A stretch of DNA of 64,000 bases. Source: an uncultured Gemmatimonadaceae bacterium (GTDB taxonomy: Bacteria > Gemmatimonadota > Gemmatimonadetes > Gemmatimonadales > Gemmatimonadaceae). The stretch lies in the NCBI GenBank assembly GCA_963716745.1, contig OY970320.1, forward strand, positions 640,001 to 704,000, given 5' to 3'. Of the stretch, positions 34,430 to 43,001 are shown in pieces (the stretch's first letter is position 1; every line of letters begins with the position of its first letter). Under the pieces are notes generated by a model. That model did no database searches. It saw nothing but the letters and a program-made list of their open reading frames with translations, and was not told where the DNA came from. Position numbers and translations under genes: made by a program.

Positions 34430-35552
34430 TGAACGTTCCCCACGAAGCGGGCCGCTCGTGCTGCGCCACCGCGGACCGCACGCCTTCGCGGAACCAGAGC
34501 GGTTCGGTGGCGGCCGGATCGGCGTAGATGCCCGCGAGCGCGTCGCCCGCTTCGGGCATCGGCGACTGCTCGGCAAGATCGGTCGCCTCGTCGATCTCCT
34601 GCTTCACGCGCGCGTCGATCTTCTCGAGCGCCGAGCGCTTCTCCTGCTCCTCGTCGAGCAGCACGCGCACGTAGCGGTCGAGCGGATCGTTGTTCTTCTC
34701 CCACCACTCGATCTCGCCTTCGGGTACGTAGCTCTGATTGTCGTGCTCGGCATGTCCCTTGCGGCGGTAGGTGATGAGCTCGACGAGCGTCACGCCCTCG
34801 CCGCGGCGCGCGCGGTCCACCGCGCGCTTGGTCACGTCGTACGTCGCGAGCACATCGTTGCCGTCGGCCTGCACGCCGGGGATCCCGTACGCGAGCGCCT
34901 TGTCCTTCAGCTCCTTCACCGCGGTCTGTTTGCTCGTGGGGGTCGAGTAGGCGTAGCCGTTGTTCTCGACGATCACCACGAGCGGGCACTTCTGCACCGC
35001 CGCGAAGTTGATCCCCTCGTGGAACGCGCCCGTGGAGGTCGCGCCGTCGCCAATGTACACGAGGCCTACGCGGTCCTCGCCCCGCATCTTGAAGGAGAGC
35101 GTGATGCCGGCCATCACCGGCACCATGTCGCCCAGGTGCGAGATCTGTCCGACGAACCCGCGCACGAGATCGCCGAAGTGGATGTTCAGCTCGCGCCCGC
35201 GCGTGGGCGAATCGCCCTTCGCCATGTACTGCCGGATGATCTCGAGGGGCGTCGCGCCCTGCACCAGCATCGAGCCAAGGTTCCGAATGAGCGGGCTCAA
35301 GAAATCGCCCTTGCCGCGGTCGAGCGCGAAGGCGCTGCCCACCGCGTCGGCCTCCTGCCCCAGTGACCGGAAGAGTCCGCCCACCACTTTCGTTTGGCGG
35401 TACAGATTCACGAGTCGCTCCTCGAGCGACCGCGTGAGCCGCATGTAGTAATAGAGCTGGAGCTTCTGCTCCTTCGAGAGCGATGCCGACGGGCGGTCCG
35501 CTTCGCGCGACGGCGCAGCGGGGACGATGCGGGGCGCGGCGCCGGACGGCAT
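34422..35552 (-). CDS. 2-oxoacid dehydrogenase E1 alpha subunit (TPP-dependent)
   Basis: LGQEA, GDGATSTG...ENNGYAYST (TPP motif), DGND, TYRRKGH. Confidence 0.93.
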   Translation of the reverse strand: MPSGAAPRIVPAAPSREADRPSASLSKEQKLQLYYYMRLTRSLEERLVNLYRQTKVVGGLFRSLGQEADAVGSAFALDRGKGDFLSPLIRNLGSMLVQGATPLEIIRQYMAKGDSPTRGRELNIHFGDLVRGFVGQISHLGDMVPVMAGITLSFKMRGEDRVGLVYIGDGATSTGAFHEGINFAAVQKCPLVVIVENNGYAYSTPTSKQTAVKELKDKALAYGIPGVQADGNDVLATYDVTKRAVDRARRGEGVTLVELITYRRKGHAEHDNQSYVPEGEIEWWEKNNDPLDRYVRVLLDEEQEKRSALEKIDARVKQEIDEATDLAEQSPMPEAGDALAGIYADPAATEPLWFREGVRSAVAQHERPASWGTFNG

Positions 35553-35845
35553 CAGTAGGCGGCCTCGAGCGTGCGGGCGGGCTCTTCCGCCTTCCGCACT
35601 TTCACGAAATACCGCTTCACGTTGCGGTCCAGCCGGCTCTCGCCGGTCTGGTCGGTGTCCGCCTCGATGAACGTGTAGTGCCCGCCATCGGGGCGGATTC
35701 TGAGCGTCATGGTGCCGAGCGTTCCCGAGAACGCGCGCGAATGCGCGAGCGACGAGGTCTTCGCGAGACCGATCGTCGGGAAGAATTCGTCGGCGAGCTT
35801 GAGCGCCGCATCGGATGAAATGTGCGTGCGATGATAGTGGCGCAT
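35552..35845 (-). CDS. Hypothetical protein
   Basis: ATG 35845 MRHYHRTHIS...LEAAY, 97 aa, stop overlaps the E1alpha start. Confidence 0.75.
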   Translation of the reverse strand: MRHYHRTHISSDAALKLADEFFPTIGLAKTSSLAHSRAFSGTLGTMTLRIRPDGGHYTFIEADTDQTGESRLDRNVKRYFVKVRKAEEPARTLEAAY

Positions 35846-35847
35846 GT

Positions 35848-36312
35848 TCAATGGACCTCGCCGCTGGCGTTGTTCACCGTTTGCATCCAGTCCACCTGCT
35901 CGAGTTTCTGCGTGGAATCCTTCCGGAAGCGCAATCCCATCGCCCAGTCGCCGGCGATCGTGTAATTCAGGTTCGCGTAGTACGTGCCCGGTTCCGCGCC
36001 CGCCACGAAGGTGTCCCACACCTTCACGACCGGCACGTCGACGTACTTGTCACCGATCTTCTGCTTGGGATTCGTGTTCCCGTACAGGATCCCCTCGCCG
36101 CCGTTGATCGGCTCCTTCGTGTCCTTGTCCCGCACGACGATCTTGAACGTCACACGCTCGCGCGCGCGCGGCGGCGCCGGGTCGCTCGTGACGCGCATCA
36201 TGTATTTGTCGGTGTACGCCGGCATGCCCTTCTCCGGCTCCTGCCCGCACACCGCGGCGACGAACACCACCGCCGCGAGCGCCGCGATCCGCATCGGGAA
36301 CGCGCGCCTCAT
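35848..36312 (-). CDS. Exported Ig-like protein (YtkA/FixH-like)
   Basis: Signal peptide, VTSDPAPP, PGTYYANLNYTIAGDW pattern. ATGA overlap with the ino1 stop. Confidence 0.6.
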   Translation of the reverse strand: MRRAFPMRIAALAAVVFVAAVCGQEPEKGMPAYTDKYMMRVTSDPAPPRARERVTFKIVVRDKDTKEPINGGEGILYGNTNPKQKIGDKYVDVPVVKVWDTFVAGAEPGTYYANLNYTIAGDWAMGLRFRKDSTQKLEQVDWMQTVNNASGEVH

Positions 36313-37643
36313 GAGGAGTAGTACTCCAGGCCGAGGTGCGTGATCTGCTCCTCGCCCATGAGATGGCGCAGCGTGTTCTTGAGTTTCGTCTGCTGGATGA
36401 ACAGGTCGTGCTCCGGCTGCAGCCCGGGCGCCGCCATGGGACTCTTGAAGTAGAACGACAGCCACTCCTGGATCCCCTTCATTCCCGCGCGATGCGCGAA
36501 GTCCATGAAGAGCGCGAGATCCAGCACGATCGGTGCCGCCAGGATCGAATCTCGGCATAGGAAGTTCACCTTGATCTGCATGGGGTAGCCCATCCAGCCC
36601 ACGATGTCGATGTTGTCCCAGCCTTCCTTGTTGTCGCCGCGCGGCGGGTAGTAGTTGATGCGCACCACGTGCGAGAAGCCCTGGTACAGATCGGGATACT
36701 GCTCCGGCTGCAGGATCGTGTGCAGCACGCTGAGCTTGGACTCTTCCTTGGTCTTGAACGACTGCGGATCGTCGAGCACCTCGCCGTCGCGATTGCCGAG
36801 GATGTTGGTGGAGTACCAGCCGGCGAGACCGAGCATGCGCGCCTTGAGCGCCGGCGCGATGACGGTCTTCATCCAGGTCTGGCCTGTCTTGAAATCCTTG
36901 CCGGCGATCGGGAGCCCCTGCTTGCCCGCGAGCTCGACCAGCGCGGGCGAGTCCACCGTGAGATTCGGCGCGCCGTTCGCGAAGGGGACGCCCTCCATGA
37001 GCGCCGCCCACGCATAGAGCATCGAGGGCGCGATCGACTCGTCGTTGCACGCCATCGCTTTTTCGAACGCTTCGAGCGACGCGTGCGCCGGGCCGGGCGT
37101 GATGAAGATCTCTGTGCTCGCGCACCACACCATCACGAGGCGGTCGCACTCGTGCTTCGCCTTGAAGTCGCGGATGTCCTGGCGCAACTGCTCGGCGAGA
37201 TCGCGCTTGGTCTTGCCCGTCTTCACGTTCGTGCCGGTGATGCGCGTGACGTAGTGATTGTCGAACACGGCGGGCATCGGCTTGATCGCGGCGAGGAAAT
37301 CGGCGATCGGCGCGAGATGCTTCTCCTCGAGCACGCCGGCCTTCCGCGCGGCGGTGAGCGCATCATCCGGGATCGGATCCCATGCGCCGAACACCAAGTC
37401 CTTCATCGAACTGAGCGGCGCGAAATCCTTGATGAGCGGCGCGCGGTGCTCGGTGCGCTTGCCCAGGCGGATCGTGGCCATCTGCGTGAGCGAACCGATC
37501 GGCTTCGCCAGGCCGCGGCGCGCATTCTCCACGCCGGCGATGAAGGTCGTCGCGACCGCGCCAAGACCCGGAGTGAGCACGCCGAGCCGGCCGGTTGCCG
37601 GGCGCGGCGCGGGGCGCGCGCCGCCGGTGGACGATCCCTGCAC
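36309..37643 (-). CDS. ino1: myo-inositol-1-phosphate (inositol-3-phosphate) synthase
   Basis: PGLGAVATT, VWCASTE, ANGAPN, GKDFKTGQT, STNILGNRDG, GDNKEGWD, CRDSILAAPIVLDL, SFYFKSP. Confidence 0.95.
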   Translation of the reverse strand: MQGSSTGGARPAPRPATGRLGVLTPGLGAVATTFIAGVENARRGLAKPIGSLTQMATIRLGKRTEHRAPLIKDFAPLSSMKDLVFGAWDPIPDDALTAARKAGVLEEKHLAPIADFLAAIKPMPAVFDNHYVTRITGTNVKTGKTKRDLAEQLRQDIRDFKAKHECDRLVMVWCASTEIFITPGPAHASLEAFEKAMACNDESIAPSMLYAWAALMEGVPFANGAPNLTVDSPALVELAGKQGLPIAGKDFKTGQTWMKTVIAPALKARMLGLAGWYSTNILGNRDGEVLDDPQSFKTKEESKLSVLHTILQPEQYPDLYQGFSHVVRINYYPPRGDNKEGWDNIDIVGWMGYPMQIKVNFLCRDSILAAPIVLDLALFMDFAHRAGMKGIQEWLSFYFKSPMAAPGLQPEHDLFIQQTKLKNTLRHLMGEEQITHLGLEYYSS

Positions 37644-37646
37644 TCG

Positions 37647-38288
37647 CTATTCTCCTCTCGCGCGTTCCGAGCCGCCGCGGTCCGCCGCACGGTACACGGC
37701 GACGATCCGCTGCGCAGCCGTGAGCCACGCGGTAACGGTCAACAACACCAGGATCGCACTCAACACGAACCCATCCAGCGCGAGGCCGAAGAACGCCTGC
37801 GGCGCCGACAACAAGACCACTCGCTCGGGGCGCTGCAGCATCCCGACGCTCGCGTGCACGCCGATCGTCTCCGCGCGCGCCCGCGTATAGCTCGTGATGA
37901 ACGTGCCGATCAGGCCCAGCACGCTCACCGCCACCATCGCCAGCGCCCACGAACCGGGGCGCGACGCCCAGAACACCGCGAAGCTGCCGAGCACGAACCC
38001 GTCCGCCACGCGGTCGAGCGTCGAATCGTAGAACGCGCCGAACGCCGTGCTGCGTCCCGTGCGGCGCGCCACCGTTCCGTCGAGCACGTCGAAGAGCGCC
38101 GTGAGGCCGAGCACCCAGCCGCCGGTGCGAATGTGGCCCGTCGCGTAGAACCCGGCGGCCGTCATCGCGCTCAGCGTGCCAACGGTCGTGATCGTGTTCG
38201 GCGCGACGCCGAGACGCACCAACCCGTCCGCGACCGGTTCGATGAGCCTGAGATAACCGGAACGGAGCCAGCCCGGGAGGAAAGTCAT
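37647..38288 (-). CDS. CDP-alcohol phosphatidyltransferase (phosphatidylinositol-phosphate synthase-like)
   Basis: PNTITT, signature DVLDGTVARR...GAFYDSTLDR, SYTRARAE, RPER. Directly upstream of ino1. Confidence 0.88.
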   Translation of the reverse strand: MTFLPGWLRSGYLRLIEPVADGLVRLGVAPNTITTVGTLSAMTAAGFYATGHIRTGGWVLGLTALFDVLDGTVARRTGRSTAFGAFYDSTLDRVADGFVLGSFAVFWASRPGSWALAMVAVSVLGLIGTFITSYTRARAETIGVHASVGMLQRPERVVLLSAPQAFFGLALDGFVLSAILVLLTVTAWLTAAQRIVAVYRAADRGGSERARGE

Positions 38289-38366
38289 CGCGCGTTCGCC
38301 GGGCTCGCAGCCCGGCCGGTTAACTTATCCGGCCGCGATGCGCGGAGCAACCCGACGCCCGCCGCG

Positions 38367-39716
38367 CTATTGATAGATGAGGAAGCGCTTCGTCTTGCGC
38401 TTGAACTCGACCGTCGACGCGAGCGATGAGTCGATGATCTGGTCGGGGTCGAGCCCCTTGAGCAGCTTGTCGCGCACCGGCTCCCCGAACGTGCGCGCGA
38501 ACCCCACCGAATCGACCTTGAACGAGTCCGGGTGCGTCTTCTTGATCGCGAACGCGATCCACGCGCCGAGCCGCGACGTCTGCAGCACGCTGCGGTCGGT
38601 GACGGTGATACGGATCCCCTTCATCGTCTTCCCATTGTAGCGGAAGTCCGTGGGCTTCACCGGCGTCTCGGTCTCGACGGAGAATTTCACGCCGGGATGC
38701 GTGAAATCATCGAGCACGTTGATGACCTTCTTCGCGTTCATCCACGGCGCGCCCACCCACTGGAAGGGGACCGGCGTGCCGCGTCCCACCGAGACGTTCG
38801 ACGGCTCGAGGATGACGAGACCCGGATAGAGCGTGGCCGCCGCAAGCGACGTCATGTTGGGCGAGGGGTTCACCCACGGCAGCCCCGTGTGGTCGAACCA
38901 CCGCGAGCGCCGCCAGTTCGCCATCGGAATGACGTGCAGATCGGCGCCGAGTTGGAGTTCGCTGTTGTAAAGCTTCGCGAGCTCGCCCATGGTCATGCCG
39001 TGGCGCAGGGGGATCGGGTAGAGCGCGGTGGGCTGCGCCGAGCGCTCGGGGCTCTGGCTGCCGGCCCACGCGAGCGAACTGTCGAGCACCGGGCCTTCGA
39101 CGTCCTGGCCGTTGATCGGGTTCGGGCGATCGAGCACCAGCACCATCACATGATGCTGCGCGGCGGCACGCATCGCGTACACGACGCTCGCCGGATACGT
39201 CCACGGGCGCGCGCCAATGTCCTGCAGATCGATCACGAGCGCGTCGATCTGGTCGAGCGCGCTGTCGGGCGGCGGCAGCACGTTGTTCCCATAGAGCGAG
39301 ATGATGGGGAGTCCCGTGCTCTTGTCCGTGCCGCCGGCGACGTTCGTGTGGTCCTCGGTGCCGCGAATGCCATGCTCCGGGGAGAAGAGCATCAGGAGCT
39401 TCATCCCCGGCGCCTTGCCCTTCTTGCTCGCTTCGACGAGCAGGTCCGCGTCGCTCACCCCGTTCTCATCGATCCCCGTCTGGTTCGTGAGCAGACCGAC
39501 GCGCTTGTTCTCGAGGAGTTCCAGGCTGTCGCGGAGCAGCACCGTGATGCCCGGCAGCGTCTTCATCGCCTGCTTGCGCTGCGACATCGTCATTTGCAGC
39601 CCCTGCTGCGTATCGGGATCGGGATCCTCCCTCGGCGTGCTGGCGCAGGCGAGGGCGATGACGCCGGCGATGCCGGCGACTGCGGCGAACACGGTGCGTT
39701 TCTGCGTGCGGGTCAT
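38367..39716 (-). CDS. Exo-beta-N-acetylmuramidase NamZ family (DUF1343), lipoprotein
   Basis: Lipobox IALA-C, VGLLTNQTG, FSPEHG, DLQDIGAR, LDRPNP, RHGMTMGE, PSPNM, SVGRGT. Confidence 0.9.
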   Translation of the reverse strand: MTRTQKRTVFAAVAGIAGVIALACASTPREDPDPDTQQGLQMTMSQRKQAMKTLPGITVLLRDSLELLENKRVGLLTNQTGIDENGVSDADLLVEASKKGKAPGMKLLMLFSPEHGIRGTEDHTNVAGGTDKSTGLPIISLYGNNVLPPPDSALDQIDALVIDLQDIGARPWTYPASVVYAMRAAAQHHVMVLVLDRPNPINGQDVEGPVLDSSLAWAGSQSPERSAQPTALYPIPLRHGMTMGELAKLYNSELQLGADLHVIPMANWRRSRWFDHTGLPWVNPSPNMTSLAAATLYPGLVILEPSNVSVGRGTPVPFQWVGAPWMNAKKVINVLDDFTHPGVKFSVETETPVKPTDFRYNGKTMKGIRITVTDRSVLQTSRLGAWIAFAIKKTHPDSFKVDSVGFARTFGEPVRDKLLKGLDPDQIIDSSLASTVEFKRKTKRFLIYQ

Positions 39717-39803
39717 TGAGGGGGGATGGGGGTGACGGGATAATACACCGGAGACACGAAGTTGGTCGGGGAGGGAGGTTTCATCGTTAACGCGCGACGT
39801 GCG

Positions 39804-39908
39804 GTGTCGTAACTGCAGACCTAGACGCTAGACCTAGACGATAGACTGCGGACCTCGTCTTCGCATTCTAACGTCTAGGTCTAGCGTCTAAGTCTGCAGT
39901 TACGACAC
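39804..39908. repeat. 105-bp near-perfect palindrome with internal TAGAC(G/C) repeats
   Basis: 47-bp arms, 44/47 complementary. Confidence 0.92.
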
Positions 39909-39917
39909 GGGCCGTTC

Positions 39918-39946
39918 TTGAATTGGGCTTTGTTCGTCATTATACT
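39918..39946 (+). promoter_or_regulatory. Sigma70-type promoter of erpA/iscA
   Basis: TTGAAT-17 nt-TATACT. Confidence 0.75.
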
Positions 39947-39983
39947 AGTAAACAGAGTCCCCCTCTATAACGAGGCCAGCGCC

Positions 39984-40340
39984 ATGAGCACCACCCAGGA
40001 ACCCACCATCGCCGTCACGCTCACCTCCGCCGCGGGCGTCGAGGTGAAGAAGTTCATGGAACAGGAAGGCGTCACCGAAGCGGCCGGCGGACTGCGCGTC
40101 AGCGTGCAGCCCGGCGGGTGCAGCGGCTTCAAGTACGGCCTGCTCATCGAGGAGAAGGCCGCCGACGACGATCTCGTCGTCGATCAGGAAGGCGTCCGCG
40201 TCTTCGTCGACCCTTTCTCCGCCCAGTACCTGAACGGCGTCACGATCGACTACGTGACGTCGATGCAAGGTTCGGGATTCACGTTCAAGAATCCGAACTC
40301 CACCGGCGGCTGCGGCTGCGGCAGCTCGTTCAACGCGTAG
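39984..40340 (+). CDS. A-type Fe-S cluster carrier (ErpA/IscA/HesB family)
   Basis: GGCSGFKY and NPN...CGCGSSF motifs. Confidence 0.95.
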   Translation: MSTTQEPTIAVTLTSAAGVEVKKFMEQEGVTEAAGGLRVSVQPGGCSGFKYGLLIEEKAADDDLVVDQEGVRVFVDPFSAQYLNGVTIDYVTSMQGSGFTFKNPNSTGGCGCGSSFNA

Positions 40341-40364
40341 CATTGCGTCGGGCTGACGCGCGCG

Positions 40365-40399
40365 AGGCCCGCGACCGCACTGTCGGTCGCGGGCCTTTT
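40365..40399 (+). terminator. Rho-independent terminator after the A-type carrier gene
   Basis: 13-bp stem AGGCCCGCGACCG/CGGTCGCGGGCCT followed by TTT. Confidence 0.7.
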
Positions 40400-40416
40400 C
40401 ACATCCCCCGCCCCAC

Positions 40417-41952
40417 ATGAACGCCGCGAGCCGTTTCGGCTGGATCGATCTCGCGGTGCTCGTCGCGTATCTCGTGGGCGTCACGCTGCTCGGCCTCCGC
40501 CTCGGCCGCCGGCAGGAGAACGCGAGCGATTATTTCGTCGCATCGCGGCGCATCCCGTGGTGGGCGGTGATGTTCTCGGTGGTCGCCACCGAGACGAGCG
40601 CGCTCACGTTCATCTCGATTCCCGGGCTCGCGTACATCGGCGATCTCGGATTCCTCCAGATCGCCGCGGGATACATCCTCGGCCGCATCGTCGTCGCGCG
40701 CACACTGCTGCCGCGCTATTACCAGGGTGAGCTGGTCACCGCATACACGCTGCTCGAGACGCGATTCGGCGTCGCGACGCGGCGCTTCACGTCCATCGTG
40801 TTCATGGTCACGCGCGCGATGGCGGATTCGGTGCGCGTGTTCGCGACGGCGATCCCCGTCGCGCTGATCATCGGACCCGCGTTCGCGGGCAGCGAACGCT
40901 CCTCCATGGTGGCCGCGATCCTCGTGCTCGGTGCGCTCACGGTGCTCTACACCTGGCGCGGCGGCATGCGCGCGGTGGTGTGGACAGAGCTGCTCCAGGC
41001 GGGCGTGTACATCCTGGGCGGCACCGCGGCACTCGTGCTCATCGGACATCTCGCGCCCGGCGGGTGGTCATCGATCCTGCACGACGCGTCGGCAGCCGGG
41101 AAACTCCGAGTGATCGACCTCTACACCGGATTCGACCGCCCGCAAACGCTCATGGCCGGACTCATCGGCGGCGCCTTCCTCGCGATGGCGTCGCACGGCG
41201 CCGACCAGCTCATCGTGCAGCGCCTGCTCACTGCGCGCTCGCTCCGCGATTCGCAACGCGCGCTGATCGGCAGCGGCATCGCCGTATTCGTGCAGTTCAC
41301 GCTCTTCCTCATGATCGGCATCGGGCTCTGGAGCGTGATGCAATCGCGCTCGTTCGCCGTGCCCGATTCGGTGTTCCCCACGTTCATCGTGGAGCAGATG
41401 CCGGTGGGCCTGCTCGGCCTCGTGGTAGCCGCGATCGTCGCCGCCACGATGAGCACGCACGCCGGCGCGATCAATTCGCTCGCGACAGCCACCACGTACG
41501 ACATCTATCTGCCGCTCACCGGCCGCGCGCCCGGCGATCCCCGTGCGCTCCGCATGGGCAAGATCTTCGCGCTCACCTGGGGCACCGCACTCACACTCGG
41601 CGCGCTGCTGTTCCGCCAGCAGGGAACGCCGGCGGTCGTCGTCGCGCTCGGCATCGCGTCGTTCACCTACGGCGGGCTGCTCGGCGGCTTCTTCCTGGGT
41701 ATCTTATGGGCGCGCGCGCGGCAGACGGACGCGATCATCGGCATGAGCACCGGGATCATCACGATGGCGGCGATCGTGTTCGCGAGACCGCTCGCGCTCG
41801 CAGTGCCCGCCTGGGCGAACGCATTGGCGCCGGTGTCGCGCATCGCGTGGCCCTGGTACGTTCTAATCGGGACTTCGATCACGCTTGCAGTGGGCGTGCT
41901 CGCATCGTTCACCCACGCGGCGCCGCCGCATGCGGAGCCAGGAGTCACATGA
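40417..41952 (+). CDS. Sodium:solute symporter (SSS family)
   Basis: DYFVASR, SVVATETSALTF, GGMRAVVWT, HGADQLIVQR, AATMST; about 13 TMs. Confidence 0.92.
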   Translation: MNAASRFGWIDLAVLVAYLVGVTLLGLRLGRRQENASDYFVASRRIPWWAVMFSVVATETSALTFISIPGLAYIGDLGFLQIAAGYILGRIVVARTLLPRYYQGELVTAYTLLETRFGVATRRFTSIVFMVTRAMADSVRVFATAIPVALIIGPAFAGSERSSMVAAILVLGALTVLYTWRGGMRAVVWTELLQAGVYILGGTAALVLIGHLAPGGWSSILHDASAAGKLRVIDLYTGFDRPQTLMAGLIGGAFLAMASHGADQLIVQRLLTARSLRDSQRALIGSGIAVFVQFTLFLMIGIGLWSVMQSRSFAVPDSVFPTFIVEQMPVGLLGLVVAAIVAATMSTHAGAINSLATATTYDIYLPLTGRAPGDPRALRMGKIFALTWGTALTLGALLFRQQGTPAVVVALGIASFTYGGLLGGFFLGILWARARQTDAIIGMSTGIITMAAIVFARPLALAVPAWANALAPVSRIAWPWYVLIGTSITLAVGVLASFTHAAPPHAEPGVT

Positions 41953-42878
41953 CGCAGATCGTTGTTGGCGTTGATGCGGGAGGCAGTCACACGCGCGTGC
42001 GCGTGGCCGATGACAGCGGCGAGCCGCTGGGCAGCGCCGAGGGCGCAGCGGGTGCGATGCGCCCGGGCGAAGCGGACCGCGCCGCCGACGCGATCGTGGA
42101 TTGCCTGCGCGATGCGCTGGCAAGTTGCGACATGGGGAACGTCGTGCCGCGCGTACTGTGCGTGGGCGCGGCGGGCGCCGGGCGGGATCCCGAGCGCCTC
42201 GCGCTGTGGGAAGCATTGAGCGCTCGCGGGATCGCGGAGGATGTCGTGGTGCACACCGACGCCGAGACTGCGTTCGATGATGCGTTCGGCGACAACGCGG
42301 GGATCCTGCTGCTCGCGGGTACGGGCTCGATGGCATATGGGCGTGGCCCCACGGGTGTGATCGCACGCGCGGGTGGATGGGGACCGATGTGTGGTGACGA
42401 AGGCGGCGGCGCGTGGATCGGGCGGCGTGCGTTATCGGCGGTCACCGCCTCCGTGGACGGCCGCGAGCCGGAGACCGCGCTCCTTGGCGCCGTGCTCACC
42501 GCGTGCGAGCTGACCGACGCCGAACAGTTGATCGCCTGGAGCGCGAGTGCGTCGCTCGGGAAGATCGCGACGCTGGCGCCCGTGGTCGCGCGCGTGGCCG
42601 ACGCAGGTGACATGCGGGCCAACGCCTTGATCACGCTTGGCATTGAGGAGCTGGTGCTGCACGTGCGCACGTTGGCGCGGTCACTCTTCGGCGACGAACG
42701 GGCGTCGTGCCCGGTGGCGCTGGCGGGCGGACTCATCGGGCCGGGGCGGCCGCTGCGCAAACGGATCGAGCGGCGGCTGAAGAGTGCGGTGCCGGGAGTG
42801 CAACTCCACGCGGGCGAAGTGATCGCGGTGAGAGGCGCGGTGCGCGGGGCGCTGAGGCACCTGGGAGTACACAGCTAA
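41949..42878 (+). CDS. BadF/BadG/BcrA/BcrD family sugar kinase (GlcNAc/MurNAc kinase-like)
   Basis: GVDAGGSHT, GAAGAG, TDA, AGTGS, RAGGWG...GDEGGG. Confidence 0.88.
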   Translation: MTQIVVGVDAGGSHTRVRVADDSGEPLGSAEGAAGAMRPGEADRAADAIVDCLRDALASCDMGNVVPRVLCVGAAGAGRDPERLALWEALSARGIAEDVVVHTDAETAFDDAFGDNAGILLLAGTGSMAYGRGPTGVIARAGGWGPMCGDEGGGAWIGRRALSAVTASVDGREPETALLGAVLTACELTDAEQLIAWSASASLGKIATLAPVVARVADAGDMRANALITLGIEELVLHVRTLARSLFGDERASCPVALAGGLIGPGRPLRKRIERRLKSAVPGVQLHAGEVIAVRGAVRGALRHLGVHS

Positions 42879-42881
42879 AGA

Positions 42882-42999
42882 GCCGGGAACCGATTACCGG
42901 GAACCGGTGATGCATAACAACGCATGGAGTACTACCTCGCGCGAGGTCGTACTCCATGCGTTTTCATGCCATACCGGTTCCCGGAAATCGGTTCCCGGC
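42882..42999. repeat. 118-bp palindrome filling a convergent intergenic gap
   Basis: GCCGGGAACCGATT-a-CCGGGAACCGGT pairs with the right end; inner CGCATGGAGTAC..ACCTCGC/GCGAGGT..GTACTCCATGCG. Confidence 0.9.
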
Positions 43000-43001
43000 C
43001 G

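Noticed and set aside
38277..38286. GAGGAAAGTC, resembling the RNase P RNA 5' motif
   Set aside because: It is the antisense of the first codons of the phosphatidyltransferase gene, with no other RNase P elements nearby.
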